Below, piece by piece: positions 1 to 11,469 of a stretch of 64,000 nucleotides of DNA (its first letter is position 1; every line of letters begins with the position of its first letter). Source of the stretch: Lophium mytilinum (lineage: Eukaryota); assembly GCA_010093605.1 (NCBI GenBank), contig MU004196.1, positions 580,606 to 644,605 of the forward strand, given 5' to 3'. Made by a program: the position numbers and the translations under genes. The notes under the pieces are model-generated. The model saw nothing but the letters and a program-made list of their open reading frames with translations. It made no database searches and was not told the origin of the DNA.

Positions 1-132
1 AATTCCGAAACATATGTTCCCTTCGAAATAGCGACGGTATCCTCTCTTCCACGGAACAATAAGCCAAGGCCATCGACCATGAGGAGAGCACTCGTCAAGG
101 CACCCCAGTACGGTGGATGCGTGAGCGATATC

Positions 133-3100
133 TCAAAGATCGACCTTGATTATAAGAACGTATCCCGAGTAACATCCAACAGCAATATTGTTGTTGCAGA
201 CAGCCACTACATCGTCCCCAGCGAAGGATATGTACTCGTGTGGAAGGCGAAGGACAGGCTTCCCCTTGAAGACAAGCCATTCATTTTCTACTGATAAATC
301 AGATCGAAGGTATTGTTCGTCAAGAGGTTCATTCGGGAACGCAACTGCGCTGACTTGTGAAGGATTGCATGCTACAGTGTCGATGAGCGCGTCGAGTGTG
401 TGTAGCAGCGTGCCCTTGGTCGCGTCCAAAACCCGTACTGTGGAGTCCCACGAGCCCGACGCCAGCTTCGGGCCGTCCCCGACCCGCGAGAACGCAACCG
501 CCAAAACTCCTTCAGAATGGCCCTCAAGCGTGTGCTTCAGCGTGCCCTTTGCCGCGTCCCAGACCCGCACTGTGTTATCTCTTGAGCCCGACGCCAGCAT
601 TGAGCCGTCCCTATCCTGCGAGAATGCAACTGCCAAGACTGATGAAGAATGGCCGCAAAGCGTGAACAGCAGCTCGCCTGTGGCCACGTCCCAAACCCGT
701 ATTGTAGTGTCCTGCGAGCCCGATGCCAGCTTCAAGCCATCCTGTGAGAACGCAATATCGTTTACTCTATAAGAATGGCGGTCAGGCGTCTGCTGCACCG
801 TGCCTATTGGTGCGGTCATGTCCCAGACCCGCACCGTTTTGTCTTGTGAACCCGATGCCAATTTCAAGCCGTCTCGTGAGAACGCAACTGCGAGGATGAA
901 TGAAGAATGGCCGTAGAGCGTGTACTGTAGCGTGCCCGTGGCTACGTCCCAGACCCGTACTTCCTCTTCACTCGACGCCAGCTTCGAGCCGTCCCACGAG
1001 AACGCAACTGCGGTTAATCGCACCGAATGGCACTTAAGCGTGTGTTGTAGCGCGCCCGTGGTCGCATCCCAGACCGTTATTGTCCCGTCAATTGAATTTG
1101 ACGCCAGCTTCGAGCCGTCTCGCGACAATGCAACCCTGTTACCCAGTACAAAATCGCCCTTGAGTGTGTGCTGAAGCGTGCCCTTGGCCACATCCCAGAC
1201 CCGCAGTATCTTGTCTGATGAAATGGATGTCAGCGTTAAGCCGTTCTGTGAGAACGCAACCGCTTGAAGTCTCTTGGAGTTGTCGGTAGCTCTAAGTGTG
1301 TGCTGTAGCGTGCCATTAGCTGCGTCACAAATCCCTACCTCCCCAAGAGACAAACCCCACGCTAGAATCGAACCATCCGGTGAAAACGCGAATACATTAG
1401 CTGTAGCGATATCGCTGTCATGTGTGTACTGCAGCGTGCCCGCGGCCACGTCCCAAACCCGCACCGTCTTGTCGCTTGAACCTGATACAAGCTTCGAGCT
1501 ATCAGATGAAAATGCGACAGCCCCAACATATTGTCCATGGCCATGAAGCGTCTGCTGTAGCGCGCCTGTAGCTGCGTCCCAGATCCGCACTGTCCTGTCG
1601 AGCGAACCCGATGCCAACAATGAGCCGTCCTGCGAAAAAGCAACCGCGCTCACGGATGAACCATGGCCCTCGAGCGTCTGTAAGCACGCGCTCCATTCAT
1701 CTGATAAAGAGGAGTGAACTGTAATCCCCTTTGGTGTTTCCTGCTTGAAGTAACTTCTTATCAGGCTGCGAACCGGACTAAATACGAGCGCAGACGCGTA
1801 TGCCTGGAGAGGACTGGTCTCTATTGCCACCTTGTGGTACATGATAAATCGGTATGCATCGTGAACCAATTCGAGTAATCTGGATGCGTCTGTTCTTGTC
1901 TATATAATCTTAGTATACGTTACGCTTGAAGGCTAGAAGAAGCATACTTTGAGGAGAGATTCGAGTTTCGCTACTGATGCCGCCCCTTCTGACATGCTCC
2001 TGCAAAGGCTTAAAGCCTCGAGCCAGTAAAGATACTGCTCTTGGAGGAAAACATGCACGGCGCCACCGTCTTGCAGATATCTGTCCTCTTTGATACTCTT
2101 GTCGGAAAGAGAATTACAGAGGTGGTCAATCCAGTAGACGCATGAGTACCGCGACGTCTCTAACGGGTCATTGGTTGGCACTTGGACTTTGTCGATCGGG
2201 AAGCCTGGTTCGTTTAAGGAGTACATGTCACGTTTCAGTGTATCAGACATGAGCTCCAGAGATCGAATATAGATATCTTGGTGGGTCTTCTCCTGAGATG
2301 AAAAGAATGTAGCTCGCGCCTCATCGCTTAGGTAGTCCTTAGCCGATTGATGGATTAGGTAGACTTGATCCTCTTGCACAGTAAGAAATGAGCCGCACAT
2401 GTCTACGGTCTCTTTTACAATATCTTTCGATACTCCACACAAGCTACCTATCTCAGATAGGTGAAGTGGACGATAGGCGACGGTGGCAATGGAAAGCATG
2501 AGCTTGCAAACCTCCGAGATACTCGCCTTACGCTGTTGGATCTGATCCACCATGCGATCGTACAGATGGACTAAGCCTTCTGGCACATCTGACACCACTT
2601 GTAACGGTTTCAAGCTCTCAGGACTCTCGAGCTCCTGGATTACGAAGGCGGCCCAGAGGAATGTGCCATTCGCCTTCTGGCGTAGGATGTCTCGTACTTC
2701 ATCTCTTAAGCTGTTGTCTTGGAGTGCCCTTGTACGGGGCAGCTTATCGTCGATATAGTCGTCGACGGCTTGAGACACCAGTTTCGCGTTTTCCTGCAGC
2801 TCGAGATTCAGCCTTATCAGCTTCTTAGCAGATCCTAGTTCCTGCTTTATTAGGACCTCGTTCCGACTTGTTAAGAGCCATTTTATGCGGGAGGGTGGCG
2901 ACGAGGTGTCGATAATGAGTTTTAGCAGCTTCCGCAGGTCGATAATACATTCATCCAGGGCGTCGACGACGAGGCAGGTCATCTCCAGGCTCGGGTCCCG
3001 TAGTATATTCCCAAAGATCTCTGATAGAGCGACCCAAGAATTTGCGTCTTCGAAGAGTGCTTTGCCTGCGCTGTCGTACTGCTTCCGGAGGTGTGAGGCT

Positions 3101-4603
3101 AGCGATGGATGTTGATCAGCGAGTAGGTAAATCAGACCGCGCAGAACAGCTGTGGCACTATTGATACGCGAGTCGGTGGCTTGACAGAAGAAGAAGGACA
3201 CAAAGCCACAGCCGGTTGACTTCTTTAGTTCGTCGAGAATCCCACAGAGCAGCATGGTCTTGCCCTTGCCCGGATCGGCGCTAATCCAGAGCAGTGTCCC
3301 TTCTGGGCCATCTTGCCATTGCTTGAGCTGAGGACTGTCGAGGATCCAGCGACAAGATTCACGCAAAATACCGCCTTTGGCCTGCTCAATACGTGTCTTG
3401 TCGTGGCGGGAATCGGTGGCCCGGAGGTCTCTCAAGCACTGTTCATCTTTCTTTTTCTCCTCATCTTCCTTTGATTGTTCATCTCGCTTTGATTGTCCAT
3501 CATTCTGTGATCTTAGGTTTGCGACAATCCGCTCGCCGGTATAGGCCTTGCGATGCAGTTCAAAGCGTTTCTCAGCATCCCGGATAGCTTTCAGATTGCC
3601 GTCCCAGTCATCAAGCTTGACAATGTCCCGTAAGAATTCGAGACCACGATGACGATAGTATGAGTAGACGCTCTTAATTTGGTATGTGAGAAGTACTTTA
3701 TAAAGATCTACAATCTGATTTTCCAGCTGGTATCTCACTTCAGAAAGTTCCCTGGCATCATCTGTAGATTCCTGGAGAAGGCTACTGAACAGGCTGCAGT
3801 ACCAATTCATGTTTTTGATAACGTATTCAACGCCTTGGCGGTTGGTTTCGGTTGCCTTGATGGGATTGGCAAGCATCTCCGGCAGTCAGCATGCGAAAAT
3901 ATCATTATGTAGACAAACTTACCTCCAAGGCAATGCAAACGCCGGTCCAGGGTAGGGCAGCTTGGGGCGCGACCCCAATAGCGGAACTGATTATATCCCT
4001 GGCTATTAGGACCGGGCCCATAGTGCGGCTCATGCCTTCTTTCATTTTAGCCTCCGGTGCGGTCTTGTCGAGACCGGTATAGACAAGCTGCTCCATTTGA
4101 TGTCGCCTTTCGTCTGGGTCACTCTGGCAGATGTTATTTGCCTGGTGCTCCGGTTCAGTAGAGGCACCCCTGTCCTTCTGCAAATTGTGAGACAAAATCC
4201 TTTCGTATTCGTCCAGGAGGGCCGGCTCCTTTTCTTTGAGGTCGTCGTAGGCTCGATCCCAGAGTCGCTCGGACGGGCTTGCAGTACGAGTGACATTCGC
4301 GTGTGTCGACCCATCGCCAGAGGTAGCCGCTCGAGCATTTGGGAGCGGCGAAGCGGACGTAGAGGTGGCAGTGGGTCCTTGTAGGAGGGGCGATATAGAC
4401 TCGAGTAGAGTAGCAGGTAGAGGAACGCCTATGGTGGTTGTAGAGTTTTGCATAGCATCTTCGGAGGTCGTCAGCACGACAGAGGTGCCAGTCGTACTTG
4501 CTTGTACAGCGAGCTGGGTTCGTTCTTTGTGTTTTTCCCGACCTGTCATGCCGCGACCTATTCGCGGAAGCCACTTCCGCCAGCATGATGATCGTTCCGG
4601 CAT
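133..4603 (-). CDS. NWD-type NLR (NACHT_N + NACHT + WD40 repeats), HET-E-like STAND protein; 3 exons (4603-3923, 3876-1948, 1899-133)
   Basis: NACHT_N-type motifs (ERLWDRAYDDLK, AALPWTGVCIALE); Walker A SADPGKGKT; Walker B LVVDALDEC; ~10 WD40 repeats (TLEGH..V.AVAFS.DG..LASGS.D.TVRVWD). Introns GTAAGT 3922..3877 and GTATGC 1947..1900 join the three ORFs in frame. Confidence 0.93.
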
Positions 4604-5262
4604 GGCAGCTAGGTAAAGGATGGGGGTGATTGAGACAGCGCGAGTGAAGCAGTGTTGGTGGTAAAAAGTTGGACTTGAGTTGAAAAAGTGTGTTACATCT
4701 GATTTACTGAAGTTGAGCGGAGGAACTGATGTAGAATATACTAACGGACTGGGGACGACCCCCTGCACGGCCATCCATACAGTCCTAATAGTCGTACACG
4801 TACAAAGGTAACGCAGTTTTGAGGAAAGAGGTCTGTCAGAAGCCGCCTAGTCAATTATTTTTGAGAGAGGTTGCCTCTAATGGATGCGACCACAGCACCA
4901 GACCTTGAGCAACCTGATGATTGGCCTTACTGATTCTAAGCTGCAGTGTCGGGACTGCGGTATAACTAAAGATGCTGGCAACGGTTGCAGCTGTGCTCCT
5001 CCCATTAGTCAATCAAGCCGGATCGATTATATTGCCGGATTATCGGTGATTAGAAGCCAAGTTTTATCAACGTCCTTTAGAACCATTGCTAACAATACTT
5101 TCTGGAAGGTGAGACTTCTAGCCCTATTATTATTCTATCAAGAGGCAGCGTAAGCCCTATTCGAGCCCCAGAAGTTGTCAATGTTAGGTTGTATTGCTGA
5201 ACGTCTAAAGTAATTAAGATATAGGGGTTACCTACGGCGTTCTGTCTAACTCCACTATCCCC

Positions 5263-5341
5263 GCCAATTTTCCCTTGCCAATTTTCCCTGCCAATTTTCC
5301 CTGCCAATTTTCCCTGCCAATTTTCCCTGCCAATTTCCCCT
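5263..5341. repeat. Tandem repeat, 6 x 13 bp GCCAATTTTCCCT
   Basis: Read directly: four exact units plus a first unit with an extra T and a last unit with one change. Confidence 0.95.
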
Positions 5342-6318
5342 ACGAATATCGCTCCGGAAAGTAACATCCCGGAGTGACGAGCCACAGCCCCCCTTGAACC
5401 ACAGCGAATGCTGCGGCATCTACAACCGTCCAACCACTCTCCACAAACCACCGCCACACGCTCTCCGTCTTAGACCCCGAGGCCCGCCACACCCAACTCA
5501 CCGCCAGCACCGCAAACACGATACTCTGCGATACCAGCGTCGCCGAACAGAGCGTACTCACCTCGCCCTCTCCATCCTGGACCTTCTTGATCACCCGCCA
5601 CTGCGGAAAAAAGGAGTAGAGGAGGAGAAGAGTAGTGAGCGGATTCAGAATCACCGCGTGAAAGCCGAAGAAGAAGGATTCGAAGACGTCGCGAGAGGAC
5701 ATCAGATCGTGATGGTGTAATTCAGTGTGAGCGAAAGAAATAGCAGCAATAGTCGGTACGAGGGAGAAGAGGAGGTAGGTGAGATACGCCATGAACACGG
5801 CCACCTTCGAGACGGCCGGGTCGGGGTCTTCAGCGGGCGAGACGAAGAGGGCGAGGAGGAGGCTGGAGGTGTTAGCGGGGATGGACTGGATGGATGCTAA
5901 GGTGTTGGAGGACTGACAGTGCGGAGGAACACACGAATACGATAGCGAATTGTGCGATGTTGAGGTAGGAGAGGATAAAGAGGTGCGCGTTGTCTTCGGG
6001 GTCGCTGGTGAGGCCGTTGAAGGAAAAGAAGAGGATGACGGTAAGGTGGGAGGTGGCGGCGACGCTGGTGCAGAGGAGATATGGGAGGGAGATGCCGGTG
6101 CTAGAGCGGGTGCGGATGATGCGGTGGTATTGGGGGAGGTAGGTTAGGGAAGTCAGGAGGAGGAGGATGCTGGGGCAGTGTCAGAGGGCGGAATTGCCTA
6201 CGGACATCGCGAGTTGGGACTAGACAAACGTGCTGGAGATATTGAGGATTATCGTCCCCGGGGAGTTGGAATTGATGGGCGGGGGAGTTGGGAACGCGGG
6301 CGGTAGTGTAGCTGCCAT
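5340..6318 (-). CDS. PQ-loop-type integral membrane protein, 3 exons
   Basis: Manual splicing (GTTTGT..ctgac..CAG; GTCAGT..ctaac..CAG) gives MAATLPP...LTYLPQYHRIIRTRSSTGISLPYLL (PQ-loop motif), a second FFPQWRVIKK motif and several hydrophobic helices. Confidence 0.75.
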
Positions 6319-7826
6319 ATTTTGGGATCCTGCTCTCGGGCTAATTCAAAGATACAGAACCGATATCAAAGAACGAGGTCTTCATTTTTCAATCAAAATA
6401 GAATTAAGACAAACGCATGGAAGGAAAAGAATGGGACAACAGAAACAATTCTCGATGTGGTGTCGTTGATCAGGCAGAAGTTCTAATCCCTGCGGCGGAG
6501 TCCTCGCCCAGGTTCTGCAAGTTGGAGGCACAGTATTAGAGTCACCTTTCTGAAGTTTGGGGGCCGGAACTGAACAACTCGCATGAAGAGAATGTTCTTT
6601 GTACTGCGTTCCCGAGATGCTTAGATGTCGCAATATGCGACCGACCGCAAGAGCAAGACGGTCGAGATTGGACTACGATCAAGAGGATGAGAATAGGACT
6701 CTGGAAGACCTCCGTGGAGGTGCTATGAATTCTAGATGCAAGTTCTCCCAGATCTAACCGCATGAGAGTTATAACCGCATGACAAAATGAGGATTTACAG
6801 CCGTGTTTCATTGGACGGCCGCGGAGGATCACTTCGCTCACATGAGACACACGTGAATGAGTTATGAATCGGGTGTAAAACTTCCGTCCGACTCCAGAGA
6901 TCGAGCTGGCAGGGGGCGTTTGGCTCCCATGGAGGATGCGGAAGTGCGGTTCAAGACTAAGCTGAAAGACTACACCATGGCTCCGCAGACATCTCTTTCT
7001 CATGATGCTCATCACCCTTACCTCATTGTAATGCTTTCCACCACCTCGTCTTACTGATTGTTGCCACTGATCTGGCTCATAGACTATCAGCATCGTCGTA
7101 GATAGCCTCCACCATCGCCAATCCACAGCACCGCTACCCAACCTCTCCTCGCCTCTACTCTCCTCTCGCCATGGGCTGTCTATGATGGCGGATTTGATCA
7201 GACCGCCGGCCCACAGGCCTCTCCATTGGGCGCTGTCGGTTCTGTGTTTTACCACCAACGCCGCCGACTCCAGGGGTCTTCCTCCGCGGGTCTTCCAACC
7301 ATGAAGTCTGGCGGTGTTCCAGTTTCAAATTCGCATTCAATGACCCCATTACTACAGGGAGAAAGCAGCTCACAGCGGGGGTGAGCTTTTATACGTGGGA
7401 GAAGTTGCTCTGCATGTGACATGGGAGACTCTCACATGACCTTGATCCCCTTCTGAATCGACCACTGGCCATGTAAGAGGGGTCTCGTAAAAGCAAGATA
7501 GAACGAAGGTTGAGAGGTAAAAGTTAATAGATCACTTCTCCTCTGGCTTACATCTCTCTATCGTCTTCGAAAGATAGGCGGCCAGTACCAAAAAAGTGTA
7601 CAGTATATCGAACCCAAAATCCTACCACAACGCCACTCAAAGAATTGCCGGGAATCCCCACAGCCGAACCACGGCGCGAATATCAATATTTCCCCCTCCT
7701 CGAACCCCAATCCCAAAACGCCAGATACGCTCAAGTAGCACACATATACCCTCCACACATCCAGACCCCTGGAATAACGCAAAGTAACCCCATCCCTACT
7801 ATCCCGTATTACTACACACCCAAACT

Positions 7827-10512
7827 CTACCCAACACCCCCGTTTCCACCCCCATGCCCCCACCACTCCGCAAAACCCGCGCCCCCCGCCGTCCCCATCC
7901 TACCCCCTCCCCCTGCACCTGCCTGCGCCGTTCCCATCCCATGGCCCCCCTGCCCCGCAAACCCCATGTGATCGCCAGCCTGCTGCCAGCTCTCACTCAT
8001 CTTGAAACCATCTCTCGAAAAATCGTCCCACTGGTCTACCGCCCCGAGCATGTTGCTCAGATCCATCGGCGAGACGTGCATGTTGTTTCCAAGCAGTGGG
8101 ACGCCCTGGCCCTGGAACGGCGTCCAGAAGAGCTGTTCTTCGGCCGGCGCGGCGGCGTTGCTCGCCTGCGCGTTATTGGGCGGGGATGCGAAGGTGAGGG
8201 GCGGCGACGTGGTGTTGGTGGTGGCGACGGTGCAGGAGCGGGGCGGAAGGGAGGAGGTGGTGGCGAGGGTTTGGGGGGTGAACATCGTAAGTGACTCTCT
8301 GCGGGTGGAGTCTTCGGGTGTAGCCGATGGGTACTCGGCTCGCGGGGGCTGGGGGCCGGTTGGCGGTGGGATGGCGTCGTAGGTCTCGAAGAAGTTTGTT
8401 GTACGCGGTCGAGGCGAGGTTAGAGGGGCTTCGTCCCCGACGGGGACGAGGGGGCTGGACTTGAGCTCGTCGGGGAAGGCGAGGTTCCATTTCTGGCAGA
8501 GGTTGTAGATGATCTTGAAGCAGCGAGCGGTGAAGTAACTTTTGGCCACTGTTAGGATAACTGTGCCTTAATGAAGATTAATAGCAGAATGACTTACTGG
8601 CAGGTGGACATGTCTTCCATGGCGCGGAGGCCGGCAATGAGGTTTCGGCGGCCGACCGGGGTGGAGGAGTTGATAAGGTGGACGGTGGTTATGGAGAGAA
8701 GGATGTGGGTTAGTAGTAGGTTGCAAGATCGGAGACTGTAGTGCTGTCGATATAGTCTCATAATGTCGGATACTGTATTTGCGCTGTTTATGCACACCTC
8801 GCGGGGTCTAATGTCGGAATGAAGGATGTCCACTTTCATGAGTGGCCTGAACAGATGGACGATGCACGTGTGGTAATACATGCTTTGTTCATATTAGTAT
8901 ATTGCAGCAACGAGCCGGCGCCAACTTACTGAAGTGTGAGAACATGCGGTATTGGCAGCACCTTATCATTCGGGTCAAGCTGAAGTGCTTTAGGTAACGA
9001 CTTGTACCAGTTCTTGTACTTGCAATAGGTGTCGAGCAATCTACGGCTAGTAAACCGTTCTCTGGGCGCGTAGAACATGAAAACGGAGTCGCTGACTAGT
9101 TCCGACAGCGTACTAAACTCCTGAAGGAACTGCCGATTAGTGAAAACCGGCTGCGATTCGCGGGAAGCATCCAAAAATAGTTGCCCTTTCTCAAGGGCTA
9201 CCGGTTCTTCAAGAATTGGCTTATCCAGATTAATGGCAGTACTGGGAAGCTGAGATATGCGTCCAATTGCTAGCGACCATGCCCTTCTACACATTAGTTG
9301 TGCATTCTGTCTTTTTCTACATGCATGACTTACGTATCGAACGTGAAGCAGCCCCAGAACGTGACTTTCCGGACTTCTATTTCAGACCGGGTCAGTCCTA
9401 AATTTGCTGAAGAGGAGTAATTTAGATGCAAGCCTAATTCCACCGCCATCCTCATGCACCTGCCAGCATACATGAAACCAGAACTGTCACGTCCAGCAGA
9501 TGGCTCCCGTAAGCCCATGACAGCTAGAGCTTGGACCGTAGTGAGGCGCGGCGACTCATCCTCGAAGAGCAGTCGTCGAGCTTCCGCAAAGAAATGGTCT
9601 CCAGCTGTACGGGGATTGCTTGGATCCGTTCGAGCGAGTGGCTCGTCGGAGGAGTGACAAGCGTAGGCACAGATGGCGTTCACCAGCAGAGGGCTGCAGT
9701 ACTTCTGACGACCGGTCCTGAAGTCTTTGTAGAAGCATTCCCTAGAGAAAAGCACGTAGAACGGATGAGACCACTTGAAGTACAGCTCGAAGAGATGGTA
9801 GAGAAACTTAGTATCCTTGGTGACGGTGGTCCAGGTATCTACGTTCAAAGGTGCGGGCATAATGGTGTTAGGCTGAGTGTAGTTCTCATCCTCGCGCACC
9901 AGTCCCAGACTCGAGGTATGGCCATAGTGCCTCGATACACCAGACTTCGTCAAGGCGGGCTTCCCGATGAGGACGGCAAGGTCTCCCTCCAGCGAAGACG
10001 TCTGGCTCTCCAACTTTGGGGGCAGAGTTACGACTCTCCGCAGCGACTCAGCCAGCGAGTCCAAGTTGTCATCCCTCCGGATCTGGTGTATGATGTCCTG
10101 GATCTCCGACTCTGGCAGACTCCGAATGGACGCCACTATGATATCTGCAGCTCCCGAACTGGTCTCGGCGATGGAGGCACTGTCTCGCTTCACGGCCGTT
10201 TTCCCGCGACGGTTCTCGCTTTCGGCGTCGTAGTGGCATTCCGTCTTATACACGGCGGTGCAAGTTGCGCACACGGGGGTGCCGCCATCGCACTATTAAG
10301 CAGATAAGTCAGCAGCTAGTTCGGCGGCAGGCTCAATTCCAGATTCGCGACACTCGCGCAACGGGACTTGCCTTTGACTTCCTTTTCCTACACGGCACAC
10401 AAGCGCTCTGCACGCATCGCCGCTTGGATGTCTTTTGCTCGGCCTGGCTGCTGCTCGACGCCACCGGGGACTCGGTGGTATTGTCCTCCTTCGAGGCGAC
10501 AGCACGCGCCAT
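7827..10512 (-). CDS. Zn(II)2Cys6 transcription factor with fungal-specific TF middle domain, NirA/Nit-4-like paralogue; multi-exon
   Basis: Spliced cluster KRRCVQSACVPCRKRKSK|CDGGTPVCATCTAVYKTECHY; middle region YCSPLLVNAICAYAC, TTVQALAVMGLRE, MAVELGLH, RKVTFWGCF. Confidence 0.9.
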
Positions 10513-11469
10513 ATTTCAGGAGGGAGTCGCGAGAGGAGAAGGGCGACGAAGCGTGAGGCGCGTAGAATATAGGATTCGCGATCTTCTACGGATCGCAGAG
10601 TGGAAGTGGGAGGCCTGAGTCAGGGACAATGCAATTCATGCTGCGCTATGTACATCCAAAGCTCTGTTGCTCGTTCTGGGCGCGTCGATGAAGACAAGCT
10701 ATGACGTTGCCGCAGCAGAGTCCTTGCAACCAGCTGCGGAGTGTGGAGGGACTAGCGAGAGAGCGGCAGCCTCGCGCGGCGGAGGATCATGAGGGGGGTG
10801 GGAGCAGTGGGCGGCGGGCTGCGAGTTGGGGAAGCGTATAGGAGGCTTTGAAATCCAACTGCCATGAAGGCTGCTTGCAGTATTCCCAGTATTCCCGAGG
10901 AGATGTTCAAGGATGCTACCGCATTCCGCGTCCCGCCCGTTGTACTCTCGGATCGAGTCGCCGTCCGCCTTCTCCAACCACAACACAGAAATTTCTGCAG
11001 TGCACAGATTCCAAATCCACGCGTTCTGGAGGCAGTTGCCGAGAGCTGGTGATTTAATCCTTGAGCACTAGTGTGGAGTGCTCTCCGGCAGTTCTTCGAC
11101 GCCACAGCCGTCCCATCCTTACCATCTAGATAACCTCAACTTCGCCACATCTGGACCATTTGTCATCTATTATCCTGTCACCAGAAAAACAGAAAAAGCA
11201 ACGTTAGGATATCAGTCGATGCACGTTCAAAACATGCCTAGTCTGAGCAAGCAATGTAGAATGGTTCTTTTGGTGGGTTTGGTGGGAGAACTCTAAGAAT
11301 GGGGAATCGATGTATTAAATAGGGTATTCAAGTCCAAGCCTACGCGCTCGTCGCAAATGCCACAATGCAGGCCTCTATCTATGCTGTTGAAATGACGAGA
11401 TACTTGGAAACTATGGTCAATGAATTCAGGCAGCATCACTTCCTGTGCCTTGACAGCACACGCAAGTCC

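Noticed and set aside
188..1696. Plus-strand repetitive ORFs over the WD40 array
   Set aside because: Antisense shadows of the repeated minus-strand coding sequence.
5263..5341. CRISPR array or telomere seed
   Set aside because: Units are contiguous with no spacers, the genome is eukaryotic, and the unit is not TTAGGG.
6230..7373. 238 aa ORF 6542-7258 and neighbouring ORFs
   Set aside because: Non-ATG start, no recognisable motif, intergenic position.
7827..10512. True nirA orthologue in a nitrate assimilation cluster
   Set aside because: The cluster sequence differs from NirA as recalled (CVPCRKRK versus CIACRRRK) and no nitrate/nitrite reductase or transporter gene is nearby.
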